NCBI RefSeq assembly: GCF_001194135.2 | Contig: NC_068997.1 | Span: forward strand, 12,123,886 to 12,170,445 | Reading direction: 5' to 3' | DNA: 46,560 nucleotides | Source: Octopus bimaculoides | Lineage: Eukaryota | Part shown: positions 11,815 to 24,123 of the stretch, piece after piece | How the letters are laid out: each line of letters begins with the position of its first letter | Position numbering within the stretch: position 1 is the first letter of the stretch | Notes under the pieces: model-generated | The model's input: only the letters and a program-made list of their open reading frames with translations | What the model was told of the DNA's origin: nothing | The model's database searches: none | Position numbers and translations under genes: made by a program

Positions 11815-11933
11815 TCTTATTATTATTATAATTATTGTTGTTGTTCTTCTTCTTCTTCTTGGTATTATTATTATGTTGTTTTTTCTTCTTTCTTCAAATT
11901 TTCTATTCTTATTATTATCATTATTATTATTAT

Positions 11934-11971
<38 letters not shown>

Positions 11972-11972
11972 A

Positions 11973-12022
<50 letters not shown>
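11815..12022. repeat. Compound (TTA)/(TTC)/(AGT)n microsatellite
   Basis: Visible trinucleotide runs. Confidence 0.9.
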
Positions 12023-12023
12023 A

Positions 12024-12240
12024 GGCGGTGAGCTGGCTGAATTGTTAGCACACCGGACAAAATGCTTAATGGTATTTCGTCTGCCGCTACGTTCTGAGTT
12101 CAAATTCCGCCGAGGTCAACTTTGCCTTTCATCCTTTCGGGGTCGATAAATTAAGTACCGGTCAAGTATAAGGGTCGATGTAATCGACTTTCCCCCTCCC
12201 CACAATTTCCAGGCCTTGTGCTTATAGTACAAAGGATTAT
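12024..12240 (+). mobile_element. SINE family A, full length
   Basis: ggcggtgagctggctgaattgttagcac; B-box gagttcaaattcc; tail ggccttgtgcttatagtacaaaggatt. Confidence 0.93.
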
Positions 12241-12306
12241 AATAATAATAATAATAATAATTATTATAATTATTATTATTATTATTATTGTTACTATTCT
12301 TATTTA

Positions 12307-12520
12307 GGCGGTGAGCTGGCCGAAATGTTAGCACACCTGATAACATGCTTTGCAGTATTTTTTCCCGCCTTTTCATTTTTAGTTCAAATTCCGCAGAAGT
12401 CGACTATACCTTTCATCCTTTCGGATTTGATAAATTAAGTACCATTTGAGATCAGAGGTTAATGTAATCCACCAACCACAACTCCCACAAAATTTCAGTT
12501 TTATTCTAAAGAGCAAACAT
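12307..12520 (+). mobile_element. SINE family A, diverged tandem copy
   Basis: ggcggtgagctggccgaaatgttagcac...agttcaaattccgc...taaattaagtacc. Confidence 0.85.
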
Positions 12521-12545
12521 TTGACTTACCTTGTTGTTTTAATAC

Positions 12546-12660
12546 GCGCAGGGATAGCTGTGTTGTAAGAAGCTTGCTTCCCAACCACATAGTTCTGGAT
12601 TCAGTCCCACTGCATTACACCTTGGACAGGTGCCTTCTACTCTAGCCTCGGGCCGGTCGA
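12546..12660 (+). mobile_element. SINE family B head, 3'-truncated into (TA)n
   Basis: gcgcagg...gctgtgttgtaagaagcttgc...ttcagtcccactgc...tagcctcgggccg. Confidence 0.85.
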
Positions 12661-12838
12661 ATATATATATATATATATATATATATATCAAAATTGCTGG
12701 CCTTGTATATACATTTGAACCCACTATACAGTCTATTATATTCTGTGGTGTACATTATGTCTGTATGCGTATATGAAAATGTGTATAAGCATATTGATAG
12801 ATAGATAGGTAGATAGATAGATAGATAGATAGATAGAT

Positions 12839-13060
12839 ATTTCATTATTGCCCACAGGGGGCTAAACATAGAGTGGACAGACAAAGGGATTAAGTTGATT
12901 ATATCGACCCCAGTGCGTAACTGGTACTTGTTTAATCGACCACGAAAGGATGAAAGGCAAAGTCGACCTCGGTGGAATTTGAACTCAGATCGTAATTGCA
13001 GACGAAATACCGCTAAGCATTTCGCCCGGCGCGCTAACGATTCTGCCAGTTCGCCGCCTT
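12839..13060 (-). mobile_element. SINE family A with an alternative tail (ccctttgtctgtcc...ccccctgtgggcaata)
   Basis: Head and body as in the other copies; tail shared only with 45250-45480; abuts (GATA)n. Confidence 0.92.
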
Positions 13061-14956
13061 TAGATAGACAAGTATTACTTTGTATAGTGTTCCATTATTG
13101 GTGGGATGAAAAAGAAAGAGAAAAATGTACATAGAATTCAAATGAGAGCTACAAAGTTTCACACCATGTCGAACGAGCTCGTATAGAGTAGCATTGTACT
13201 ATCAAATATTCATTTGGGATGGAATACAAGGCTGCTCTCTGAGAAAAAGCGAGAAAGATCGAGAAAGAACGAGAAAATAAAAAGATGGGAAAAAATGTGA
13301 ATAAAAAAGTAAGCGAGATTTAAAAGAGCATGAAAGGACATAAGAGATGTGCCTCTTTGACTCGTTAGAATGGGAATTAACAATGATTCGTGCGGTTAAA
13401 TAAAAGAGGTAAGATTAAAGTTTATATGTGTGTGTATATGTGTATGTGTATGTGTATATTACTATGTATTATATTGTCTATGGAGGAATAAACATTCTGA
13501 ATAAACGCAATATTTATTGGATTGAATTGAACTGAAATATTCCAAAGAATCATCAAGCGGATATGGCAGCTACAATTCTGCGCTGGTCGCTCGTCTATGC
13601 AATAGTTCCCATGTTGGCGCGTAATTGGTATTTTTGATAATGATGCTAGTGATGTCAAACAGTACTAGCATCACTTTTTTTTTATTTGCAAATAAAGGTA
13701 ATGATTACTCGAGTAGTAGTTGTAGCAGAGTGGTGGTGGGGGTGTCGGTAACAGTGAGATATCTGAAAGAAATAGTGCTTACAGATGTAACGGAGATGTT
13801 ATTTTTCTTTTTTGTTTTGGAGTTGTTGGTTTGGGGTTTTTCTTTCTATTTTTTTTTCTTTCAGTATCAAACACGTTATATTCTTTATGGATCATTTAAG
13901 AAAACGGTCTCCGAATCCAAGGCTGAGGAATTATAGGAATTACAGAGAGATTTTTTTTTCTTGGTTTCTTCTAAAGACTGGAAAATATTTGTGATGCTTT
14001 GATACTGTAATATTCTCAAAGATATTCTGCATTTTTATTTGATTTGATTTCCTATGATTTTTCGGTAAATATCACCAGATTTTCCTTCAGNNNNNNNNNN
14101 NNNNNNNNNNNNNNNNNNNNNNNNNNNNNNNNNNNNNNNNNNNNNNNNNNNNNNNNNNNNNNNNNNNNNNNNNNNNNNNNNNNNNNNNNNNNNNNNNNNN
14201 NNNNNNNNNNNNNNNNNNNNNNNNNNNNNNNNNNNNNNNNNNNNNNNNNNNNNNNNNNNNNNNNNNNNNNNNNNNNNNNNNNNNNNNNNNNNNNNNNNNN
14301 NNNNNNNNNNNNNNNNNNNNNNNNNNNNNNNNNNNNNNNNNNNNNNNNNNNNNNNNNNNNNNNNNNNNNNNNNNNNNNNNNNNNNNNNNNNNNNNNNNNN
14401 NNNNNNNNNNNNNNNNNNNNNNNNNNNNNNNNNNNNNNNNNNNNNNNNNNNNNNNNNNNNNNNNNNNNNNNNNNNNNNNNNNNNNNNNNNNNNNNNNNNN
14501 NNNNNNNNNNNNNNNNNNNNNNNNNNNNNNNNNNNNNNNNNNNNNNNNNNNNNNNNNNNNNNNNNNNNNNNNNNNNNNNNNNNNNNNNNNNNNNNNNNNN
14601 NNNNNNNNNNNNNNNNNNNNNNNNNNNNNNNNNNNNNNNNNNNNNNNNNNNNNNNNNNNNNNNNNNNNNNNNNNNNNNNNNNNNNNNNNNNNNNNNNNNN
14701 NNNNNNNNNNNNNNNNNNNNNNNNNNNNNNNNNNNNNNNNNNNNNNNNNNNNNNNNNNNNNNNNNNNNNNNNNNNNNNNNNNNNNNNNNNNNNNNNNNNN
14801 NNNNNNNNNNNNNNNNNNNNNNNNNNNNNNNNNNNNNNNNNNNNNNNNNNNNNNNNNNNNNNNNNNNNNNNNNNNNNNNNNNNNNNNNNNNNNNNNNNNN
14901 NNNNNNNNNNNNNNNNNNNNNNNNNNNNNNNNNNNNNNNNNNNNNNNNNNNNNNNN

Positions 14957-15026
14957 GAAGAAGAAGAAGAAGAAGAAGAAGAAGAAGAAGAAGAAGAAGA
15001 AGAAGAAGAAGAAGAAGAAGAAGAAG

Positions 15027-15057
<31 letters not shown>
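14957..15057. repeat. (GAA)n tract running into a gap
   Basis: Perfect GAA run. Confidence 0.95.
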
Positions 15058-15206
15058 CGATGAAATTAATCCTAGCTTTTGAGACGTATAATATTTTATC
15101 GAGCCTGAAAGGATCAAAGATAAAGTTCGCCATATTGGGATTTATGCACTGAACGCAAATGGCCTAACTAAATAGCACAAAACCTCTTTGGATAATAATA
15201 ATAATA

Positions 15207-15260
<54 letters not shown>

Positions 15261-15299
15261 GTGATAACTTTCAACGAACTGGCAAGGAGTCCGAAATCA

Positions 15300-16190
15300 A
15301 CATCTGAATGTTGCTGGAGGAGAAATACAAAATTAATTCCTCTATAGTTTGCCCAGCAAAATACAAAGCTTTTTCATCTATCCTCTGCCATAGACTAGTT
15401 ACTCACCTGAATACACAGTAACATATTAACAGGCGTGGAAATGATGTTAAGAAAGTATAAACGGCTGTATAAATATAGCTAGTGGTGATCAGAGTTATTA
15501 TAGAAATCTGGAAAATGATGACAACAAAATTTAGTATTGCAGAGATTGGTTAACGAAAAGAAATTGATAGTATACCGCACTCTTGAATCTTGAAGATGTG
15601 CTACACAAAGGAAGCTCAATATTAAGAACATATATCAACCGTATTATGACGAAACAGAAAATAGCCATTTCACTGCAAAGCAATGAGAATATTTATACCA
15701 GCCCCATATCCATTAGTATCTTGCAGTGAGATTCCTTGTCTTTCCACTCTTTTGTTGAATATAAAGAAGTGATAATATACAGCTGGAGTTGTTCATAGAT
15801 GTAGCCACAACTTAAAAATGAATAATGAGTATGAGATTAGAGAAATGAACAAAAGCCGCTATAAGACGTGTCGAATAAACTAAAAGTTGAACTTTAAATT
15901 AGATGAAATTAGAGGTAATCATAAAATTAGGAAAAAGGAAATGGAAAACGAAAATAGGTGGAACGATGATAATGATATATATAAATTTATAAGTAGACAA
16001 AAGAAGTGACAAGAAGAAGCGACTAGAAACATCTCGGAGTAATTAATAACGATCGAGATCAAGAGGTCAAGGTGAATCAATATGTATAGAAAGAGAGTCA
16101 TGCGTCCGTAACTTCAACAAGAAAAAGAATATGAAGATTGCAGGAAGTTGGTCTTGACTAACTTTCAAACAGTTCCAGAGACATGCTGTC
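15300..16190 (+). mobile_element. Highly decayed R4/Dong-clade RT fragment (not captured by the ORF track)
   Basis: Collinear motifs across stops and frameshifts: YKAFSSILCHRL (~15361), SIAEIG*RKEIDSIPHS*IL (DSIPHS at 15566; compare AWIDYKKAFDSVPHSWIL), Q*DSLS (15724), LFID, NFKLDEIR and KHLGV (16027). Confidence 0.72.
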
Positions 16191-16415
16191 ATTGATCCGG
16201 TTACTGTTAAGTAGCGAAAATTGTTTTGTCATCTCAGTAAATAATTTTTTTTAAATGAACGCAACATATTTGTGCTTGCGTGATCAGATATATATATATA
16301 TAGTATGGCTCTTCAGAGATGTGATAGCGTTTTTACATTTTCAACACAAATAACTTGGAGCAATGCTTGACAAATACAACTCCAAAGTGTGAATAATATG
16401 CGTATGTATGTGTAC

Positions 16416-16485
<70 letters not shown>

Positions 16486-18074
16486 ATGAATAGATAATAC
16501 GGATGTTTATGCATACATACATACGTGCACACATATGTATAACACACACACACACACACCNNNNNNNNNNNNNNNNNNNNNNNNNNNNNNNNNNNNNNNN
16601 NNNNNNNNNNNNNNNNNNNNNNNNNNNNNNNNNNNNNNNNNNNNNNNNNNNNNNNNNNNNNNNNNNNNNNNNNNNNNNNNNNNNNNNNNNNNNNNNNNNN
16701 NNNNNNNNNNNNNNNNNNNNNNNNNNNNNNNNNNNNNNNNNNNNNNNNNNNNNNNNNNNNNNNNNNNNNNNNNNNNNNNNNNNNNNNNNNNNNNNNNNNN
16801 NNNNNNNNNNNNNNNNNNNNNNNNNNNNNNNNNNNNNNNNNNNNNNNNNNNNNNNNNNNNNNNNNNNNNNNNNNNNNNNNNNNNNNNNNNNNNNNNNNNN
16901 NNNNNNNNNNNNNNNNNNNNNNNNNNNNNNNNNNNNNNNNNNNNNNNNNNNNNNNAAGTTATTGCTTTGGTTCCGAAAAGAGTAATTTTTGAAGCATACA
17001 TGACGAAAGTGAAAATGTGAATATAGTTGCGACATCTTATTCACGCTTATTGAAAATGAAATTTTAAAATATATTGTGCCGTATATGCACATTCATCAGA
17101 AAATATATAATATATTTCCTTTTGATAGATTTTTCAATTTATCAAGTGACACGATGTCTATGGAACTGGAAAATTAAAACATCGACATTTCAAAACTCGA
17201 AAATAGTTTTAATCAATAATCTCCATTAATCACCAGCCTTTGTTAGAGGGATAGAAAGCCTCAACGTGGTCGCAGGATCTGTTAGAAATACTAACTTAAT
17301 CTCCTCGAAATCGTAAACAAAAGGAAATGTGTATTACATATTGTACTCCGATAGAGTTAACTCATTCACTCGACACATTAGTCTCTTTTTCGTGTCTGGT
17401 AACCATCAACGGAGTGGATTTGGCCTTTAAACGCTATGTTGGTCATGTAACACTGTATAAAAGCCGTGATTCACTTGCTAAGACACAAAATAGAGCCCAT
17501 TTCGAACGGTAATGCCGTTGCAGACACGCACACACTGCATCCACATACATTCTAGACAATATTCAGAAAAAAGGCCATTCAAATGCGAACGGCATAAAGT
17601 CATTCACAGGTCAATCACAAGTGAAATAGATTTTATCTTAAGCTTGTTCGATTAGGATTTACCTGAAACTTAACTCAATAATAGCAATGAGAAGTTTCTT
17701 CGTAATGATTAAATACAATAGACACACATTAATCCATAAGAGGGAGTATTCACAAATAAATTGCGTAACACGATTATGTATATCAAGCATATCTCTAACT
17801 AGATGAAGGACCTCAACCAATAAAAATATCAAGCACGTACGTAAATGTGTAGAGTTTGTCACTTTTAAGTGCCAGCAATCTGATTTACATCCATTCCATA
17901 TTTGGTACTTTGTTTCGTACCCACTTCTCCATAGACATCAACTAGAAACCATTTGAATGAAACACTGCATGAATGAAATGGACACAGTAAAGAGAATATA
18001 TGCTGCGTGCATGAAACTAGCATTGAAGAATGAAGGAACTACTACAAGAATGAAATAATTACATTAATAAAAAA

Positions 18075-18140
18075 GCAAATTTCGTCGCTATTGAATTATA
18101 TGCACAGATCTGCATATAATTCAATAGCGACTAAATTTGC
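18075..18140. repeat. Near-perfect hairpin, 30-bp arms, 1 mismatch, 6-nt loop
   Basis: gcaaattt-c-gtcgctattgaattatatgca CAGATC tgcatataattcaatagcgac-t-aaatttgc. Confidence 0.95.
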
Positions 18141-19749
18141 TCTTTTTAATTATCATAACTTTTATTGGATACTGCTTTAATTAAGTTTGATATCTTTTCT
18201 ATCTTTTAGGCCAAACTATTTTGTGCTAAAATAGTTTGCTCATTGATAGACTTTGGTATGCAAAAATTACTGTAGATTTTATGTAAGAAGGAATTTCGGT
18301 TTGAATACCTCTCGGAAATATTGTAGACATGCAATATCGAAGGTAAATTAAAAAGTGTTTTCTGTAAAATCTTCAGAAATTTAGTAATTCTGTTATAAAG
18401 TGGATCCTCATCCACTTGTATGTTACTGACAGCACTGTACTCTTCTTGCCGTTACTATTATGTTGTGATGGTATTCCGTGTCTTATCTTTGACTCGTCTA
18501 TTATGCTATCACTGATAGCTCCGCAAGACAATGACCTTGAAACGTCTACCTTGACGGTAACTCGAACTCGTATATATCACATAACTGACATTGACTCCAA
18601 CTGAGAACTCTTACAACGACTCTACTACTACTGACCTCCTACATCGACTGACTGCCTGACTTTAGAGTGGCTGACCCATACCACTTTGTCACGTGAGAAG
18701 GGGAGTACTATTTTCACTACAAGTTCCAGAAAGTGGATAATATTGTAGAAAGAGCAAGATGTTAATTGATTTTAAATGAAAACTGTACAATTTTAAATGG
18801 AGACCATCCATTTATTCAAAAACGATACAAACTTGTAACATCAAACAAAAACAAAAAAGAAAATAGTCTAGATGTATATGTATGTACATTTACTTGCATA
18901 AGCGTATATACAACTCTGTCTAAAGATGGTGAGCAAGCGGAACCAAGAGCTAAATTCCATTCTTCAGTGTTCGTGCTATTCTGAGAAAGTGACTTTTCGT
19001 TCTCTTATTCTTGTTATCCTAGCTGTCAGAAACACATAGCAGATAAATCTATTTCTTACTTAGGAACCAATCACATTGTCATGGTGCTATGTCTTTTAAC
19101 TTCATCCGGAATATAGTCTGCCTCAGAATTTAAATGTGCAAAATCTTAAATCATTATACTTCATCGTTTAGAGAACCTCCAGCAGATTACTGGGGATTCT
19201 CTTTATTTATAGAGAAGCAGATAAGCACTTATAGTTTCTAGATATATTGAAACCCTCCTTTGAAATTTTCACTACGTTATACATAGGGAAATAATTATAT
19301 TTCATGCGGAGCTTTAATATTATTTTCATTTGTAACTTGGCACCAGCTTAGTTCCCGGTGATAAACCTGTAATTAGTTTCATGTATCCACGATTTCGATA
19401 TGAATTATTGTCAACTTATTCATTCAAGACATTAGCTTCCTTTTGGTTTCTACTAAGCATCTTGTGAGAGGGCTTTAAACACTCTGTTAGTCACAGACAT
19501 ATTGTGCGCTCACAAGGATAAAATAAAATTTTATTTAATAAATACATTCTCAGACGAAATCATATTCAACAAAATGACATCAAAGGTTATTTCCCGTTTA
19601 TCGTTTAAGCATATGTAACAAAGAAAATAAAACATTTTGATTCACCCGACCGCCAGTTTTGAAGATAACCAAACCAAAATAATGGGTCTGAGCCACTCAC
19701 CCAATGAGTATTTCTGCCAAAGTTGGTGAAAATCTGTTCACGCCGGGGG

Positions 19750-19940
19750 AAGCACTTAGCGACATTTCTCCCGCCTTGACATTTTGGGTTCAAATTCCGC
19801 CGAGGTTAACTTTACCTTTCATTTTTTTGGGGGGGGGGGACTCAATGAAATAAGTACCAGTTTAGTACTTGGGTCGATGTAATTGACTTAACCACTTCCT
19901 CGAGTTTGCTGGCCTTTTGCTAAAATTTGAAGCCAATATT
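19750..19940 (+). mobile_element. SINE family A, 5'-truncated
   Basis: Starts at gcacttagcgacatttc; then gggttcaaattccgccgagg...gctggcctt...aaaatttgaagcc. Confidence 0.85.
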
Positions 19941-20565
19941 AGAAGCATCAATCTGCTGCAATTTCAACAGAGAATGTAAAGTTAAGTCCTTAAATATACC
20001 TCAAGATATTTTGTCATTGCTGTACTAGCTGTGCCTCGAAACGCTACATTTATAATTCCTTTAATAGCAATTCCTAAACTTTATCATGTTTTTAGAAGAT
20101 ATTAACCGATTTAATTGATACTACTAGATCATAGAAGCTAATTTTCTCAGTCCCGGGAGAATGTGCACAAAATTGTGGTTGGCAGTGTTAGAACTCAGAA
20201 ATAAAGAGACGCAACTAAAGACTACAATTTAGTTAATCTATCATTTTAAGTTTGTGTCACGTAACACACTATCCTAAGCAATAATAATAACAATAAATTT
20301 AGTTTATGACAAGTCTACTGTTTCTTTTGGATTATTTTACAAGGAAGACTGGTATGAATGGACAAGACTAGATTTATTGTAGGCAATATATAAAATCTTT
20401 CCTATTTCCACAAAAGATACTTACACACACATACACACAACACATACATACACACACACACACACACACACGTTCGCGTGCACACACAGACATAGAAATA
20501 CAAGCAGGAAGACATATATTTGTATTCCCACACGTAATTCATATAATTCATATAATCACACACAC

Positions 20566-20676
<111 letters not shown>

Positions 20677-21017
20677 AATGCATGTGTGTGTACGTGCATG
20701 TGTGTATGTATGTGTGTGTGTGATTGCACATGCAAACATATACACGGAAACTAAAGAAAAAAACGATACAAACCTATAAAAATAAATGACAAAATATATG
20801 GATATAAAATCAACACTATCCTTTGATGTTTCATGACATTGTTTCATGATCTCTAAGTGACTTCAAAGCATCTTTTCTGACAAGGTATTGACTCAACAGA
20901 AACTGCTCTGAAGAGTTGGTGCTGCCCAAGGGTTTATAGCTGAAATGGCGAAACCGGGTCGAAACCTCGTGAAAGAACCAACATCGTAAATGGAACACTC
21001 GGAGTATGAAATATCAA

Positions 21018-21074
21018 CAACAAAAGCAAAAGCAAACAACAACAACAACGACAACGACAATAATAATAATAATA

Positions 21075-21124
<50 letters not shown>

Positions 21125-21187
21125 AATGATAATAATGATAATAATAATCCAAACGGACAACAATAATAACAATAATAATAACAATGG

Positions 21188-21282
<95 letters not shown>

Positions 21283-21380
21283 GTAATAATAATTCAAACG
21301 GACAACAATAATAGCAATAATAATAATAATAATAATAATGGGAATAATAATAATAATAATAGTAATAATAATGATGATTA
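21018..21380. repeat. Compound (AAC)/(ATG)/(AAT)n tract with two embedded atYcaaacggacaa motifs
   Basis: Visible; motifs at 21147-21160 and 21292-21305. Confidence 0.95.
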
Positions 21381-21384
21381 TTTT

Positions 21385-21977
21385 TAACGGACAAGAAATT
21401 AGCAAATAATAGAGCAGACATAACGATTATAGATAAGGAAAAGCCAAGTGGCTTACTTATCGACCGATCATGCCTGTTTGATTCCAAGATCGTAAAGAAA
21501 GAGGAAGAAAAACAAAAAAATATAAAATCCCTTAGAATTTGTAATGGGAAGAATTTGGAGCCTGCGAACAATAGAGGTCGTCCCTACAATAACTAGTGCT
21601 TTGGGAACAGTAAACCAAGATATAGACAAGTAACTGAAGCAAGGTGAAAAGAAGAACCAGTATAGCTCCTACAGAAAGTTTGTCTCTTAGGAGCAGCAAG
21701 TATCATGGGGAGGGTTCGAAGCACTTAAAAGACTACTGAACACTTGTTGATACCTAAGGTTACAGGTAGTAACTCGCTATCCACATATTTCCCACCAGGA
21801 GTAAGACCGGACCTGAGCCAAACCAAAATAATAATGAACAATCTGGTGTGTTTATTTTAATGACCTGCCAATATATACAATGAGTTTCTCTACCCTAGGT
21901 ATTGGGAAGGCACTCGGTAAGAAACAGAAACAAAATTGAAAGAGTAAAAGCGCGATAATAATAATAATAATAATAAT
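21385..21977 (+). mobile_element. 5'-truncated R4/Dong element: restriction-like endonuclease C-terminus, 3' UTR and (ATA)n end
   Basis: From 21387: TDKKLANNRADITIIDKEKPSGLLID...KEEEK / IWSLRTIEVVPTITSALGTV / LLQKVCLLGAASIMGRV, stop at 21728. About 225 nt of UTR follows, then (ATA)n from 21955. Confidence 0.85.
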
Positions 21978-22229
21978 TGCTTTGGTTTCTTTGATTGATC
22001 ACACGCGATCTCACATAAAACAGATGCTAAATATATATAGGTCAATATATGTCAGATAGACAAAACAGTTATGTAAAGACATGGGCGATTGGTAAATATG
22101 TTATACAATGAATGTTTCGAGATTTAAAGAAGACAGGGAATAAATATTGAGTGAATTTTTTTTTTAAATCTCGAAAGTTCTCCGGTTTAGCTGATTTAAA
22201 GTATTCTCTGCATTTTGATAATCACTTTC

Positions 22230-23000
22230 CTGCGTGACTGTTGATCCCGTAAGGTTTCCTCGAGAATGGCGCTCCTCACTCGCTTTTGGTGTTCTGTCCC
22301 CGTTCACTTTTCTTTATCAGTGTCGTCTTCCATTTTTTACTTGGCAGTTTACCATTTTATTGCCCTTTTTTCTATCAGCTACTACTCATCACTGGACGAT
22401 AAGGTACTGCTGCTAAAATGGGACATCTTACCATCGTTCGCTCTTGAGCCCCAAAAGCGGAGCTGGTTTTCTGGTCACCTGCGATATTTAGTATGGGTGA
22501 CAATGCTATTTGAATCACTGCTTTAGACTTGTAACCGGTGATGCTCTGAAGACTTCTCTTCTGTTTCTCCTTATCTTCATCGTAAAAAGCTCTTAAGTGG
22601 TTGAGACTACCACAGCTATAAAAACTCGGTTTTCTGCTGTCTGCTCTTCGTTCTTGTTCCCTCAACTGAGTATTTCTCCGGTAGGATTCTAGATTTTGAG
22701 GTTCAGAAGAACATATAAACATTTACATCCATGGTGGCCTCTTTTGACATTTCATTCTTGGTCACTTGCGCAATTATCATCCGTCTATTCTAGTTCTAGA
22801 AAGGAAGCAAAGAGCCGCGGATCAAGTTCGCTTTCCCTTTCCCCAACTGCTATCTTTGTGCTACTCAACTCCCATCAACTAGACCACACGTCTATGTCTG
22901 TCTCCGTGTCTCACACTTGGTCTTCAATCGCGACCGAAGGATTTCCTATTCTCTTTGTACAAAATGCTTGCCCTAACACTTATCAGGGTTGCCTTTAAGG
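22230..23000 (-). pseudogene. Possible decayed retroelement ORF1/gag-like segment
   Basis: ORF 22375..22722 contains FYSCGSLNHLRAFY, a CX2CX4HX4C knuckle with both outer Cys altered. The region is more GC-rich than its flanks. Confidence 0.3.
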
Positions 23001-23835
23001 ACATAGATAAAACTCACCTACCATGATGGAGACACAGAGACTGTAGTCTTCTCATTGCCCACTTCTGAATATATTTTCAGGCAAGGAGATGAAGTTTTTA
23101 CAATTTTATTTTTCACAGCTCTGTTTGGTCTCTACTTAAAATCAAAACTTCGCTGTTGTCGGTACATTTCTCAGTGGTGACATCTGCTTTTATATATGAG
23201 TAACATTGTCATCGTTGTCATTACTGCTGTTGTCACGAAGAAACTTTTCTAAACCACTATAACTGATAATGTAAACAAAATTAAAATTGTTGCCTTTTTC
23301 TTTATTTTCTCCGTTTGATAACAATTGTGTTCACTTGCGTGCAATCTTGTTAGTTTGTTTCATGTCGTACAAATTTCTTTTTTTGGATATTAAATTTTGA
23401 TGGCCTATGCTTTCCAACGTATTTTGGTTACATTATCATTATTTTTTTCTTTGCCTTTCTTTATTTTGTTCATGTTTTGAATTTGTTTGTGTGTATTTGC
23501 AGTATGCTTTCATGTGTGTTTTGAAAGAGCATTCTCATGCATTACTCTTTTTTTTTTCCTATTAATTCTATTGCAGCTCCTCTTGAGATAAAGACATGAG
23601 GAATATTGAAAATGTGAAATCAAAATAAAATGTCGCCTGCAAGACAAGACTTCCGTCTCTCCCAGCTATTTGTAGAGACGGCCCGACGTTACGAAATTAT
23701 CCGTTACAAAACAACCATTTGTTCAACGAGTAAAAGCTTCGTAGTAAACTAAACTGCTTTTGTATTGTCTCGTATGCTAGTGTACGTGTAACAACTACAA
23801 TGAGGAGGAGGAGGAGAAGAAGGAGGAAGGGGAGG

Positions 23836-24033
23836 ATAATTATTTCTACTATAGGCACAAGGCCTGGAATTTGAGGGAGGGGACTAGTCGATTGCATCGA
23901 CTCCAGTGTTTCACTGGTACTTAATTTATCGACTCCCGAAAGGATGAAAAGCAAAGTCGACCTCGGTGGAATTTGAACTCAGAAAGTAGCGACGAGTGAA
24001 ATACCGCTAAGCATTTCGTCCACCGTGATAACG

Positions 24034-24034
<1 letters not shown>
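23836..24034 (-). mobile_element. SINE family A
   Basis: tttctactataggcacaaggcctgg...gaactcagaaagtagcgacg...gctaagcatttcgtcc; followed by (AAT)n at 24034-24124. Confidence 0.92.
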
Positions 24035-24070
<36 letters not shown>

Positions 24071-24073
24071 TAA

Positions 24074-24115
<42 letters not shown>

Positions 24116-24123
24116 TAATAATA

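Noticed and set aside
14035-15133. Long ORFs in the track (also 857-1483, 16313-17092, 32873-33647, 34037-34922)
   Set aside because: They are read-through of N gaps and microsatellites.
17490-17525. Minus-strand hairpin AACGG/CCGUU followed by CGAAA
   Set aside because: No CUGANGA core upstream.
19605-19793. Trp-rich ORF faintly like a C-type lectin, with a GTGAGT donor-like site
   Set aside because: The ORF starts inside a SINE and no cysteine framework is present. The DNA (ttcaccaactttggc...acccattattttgg) looks more like a non-autonomous DNA-transposon fragment.
20905-20970. CUGAAGA followed by a small hairpin and later GAAAC
   Set aside because: Spacing and stems do not form a hammerhead junction.
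23119-23161. Strong-looking splice acceptor (ttttatttttcacag)
   Set aside because: Weak donor, no recognisable peptide and no neighbouring exons.
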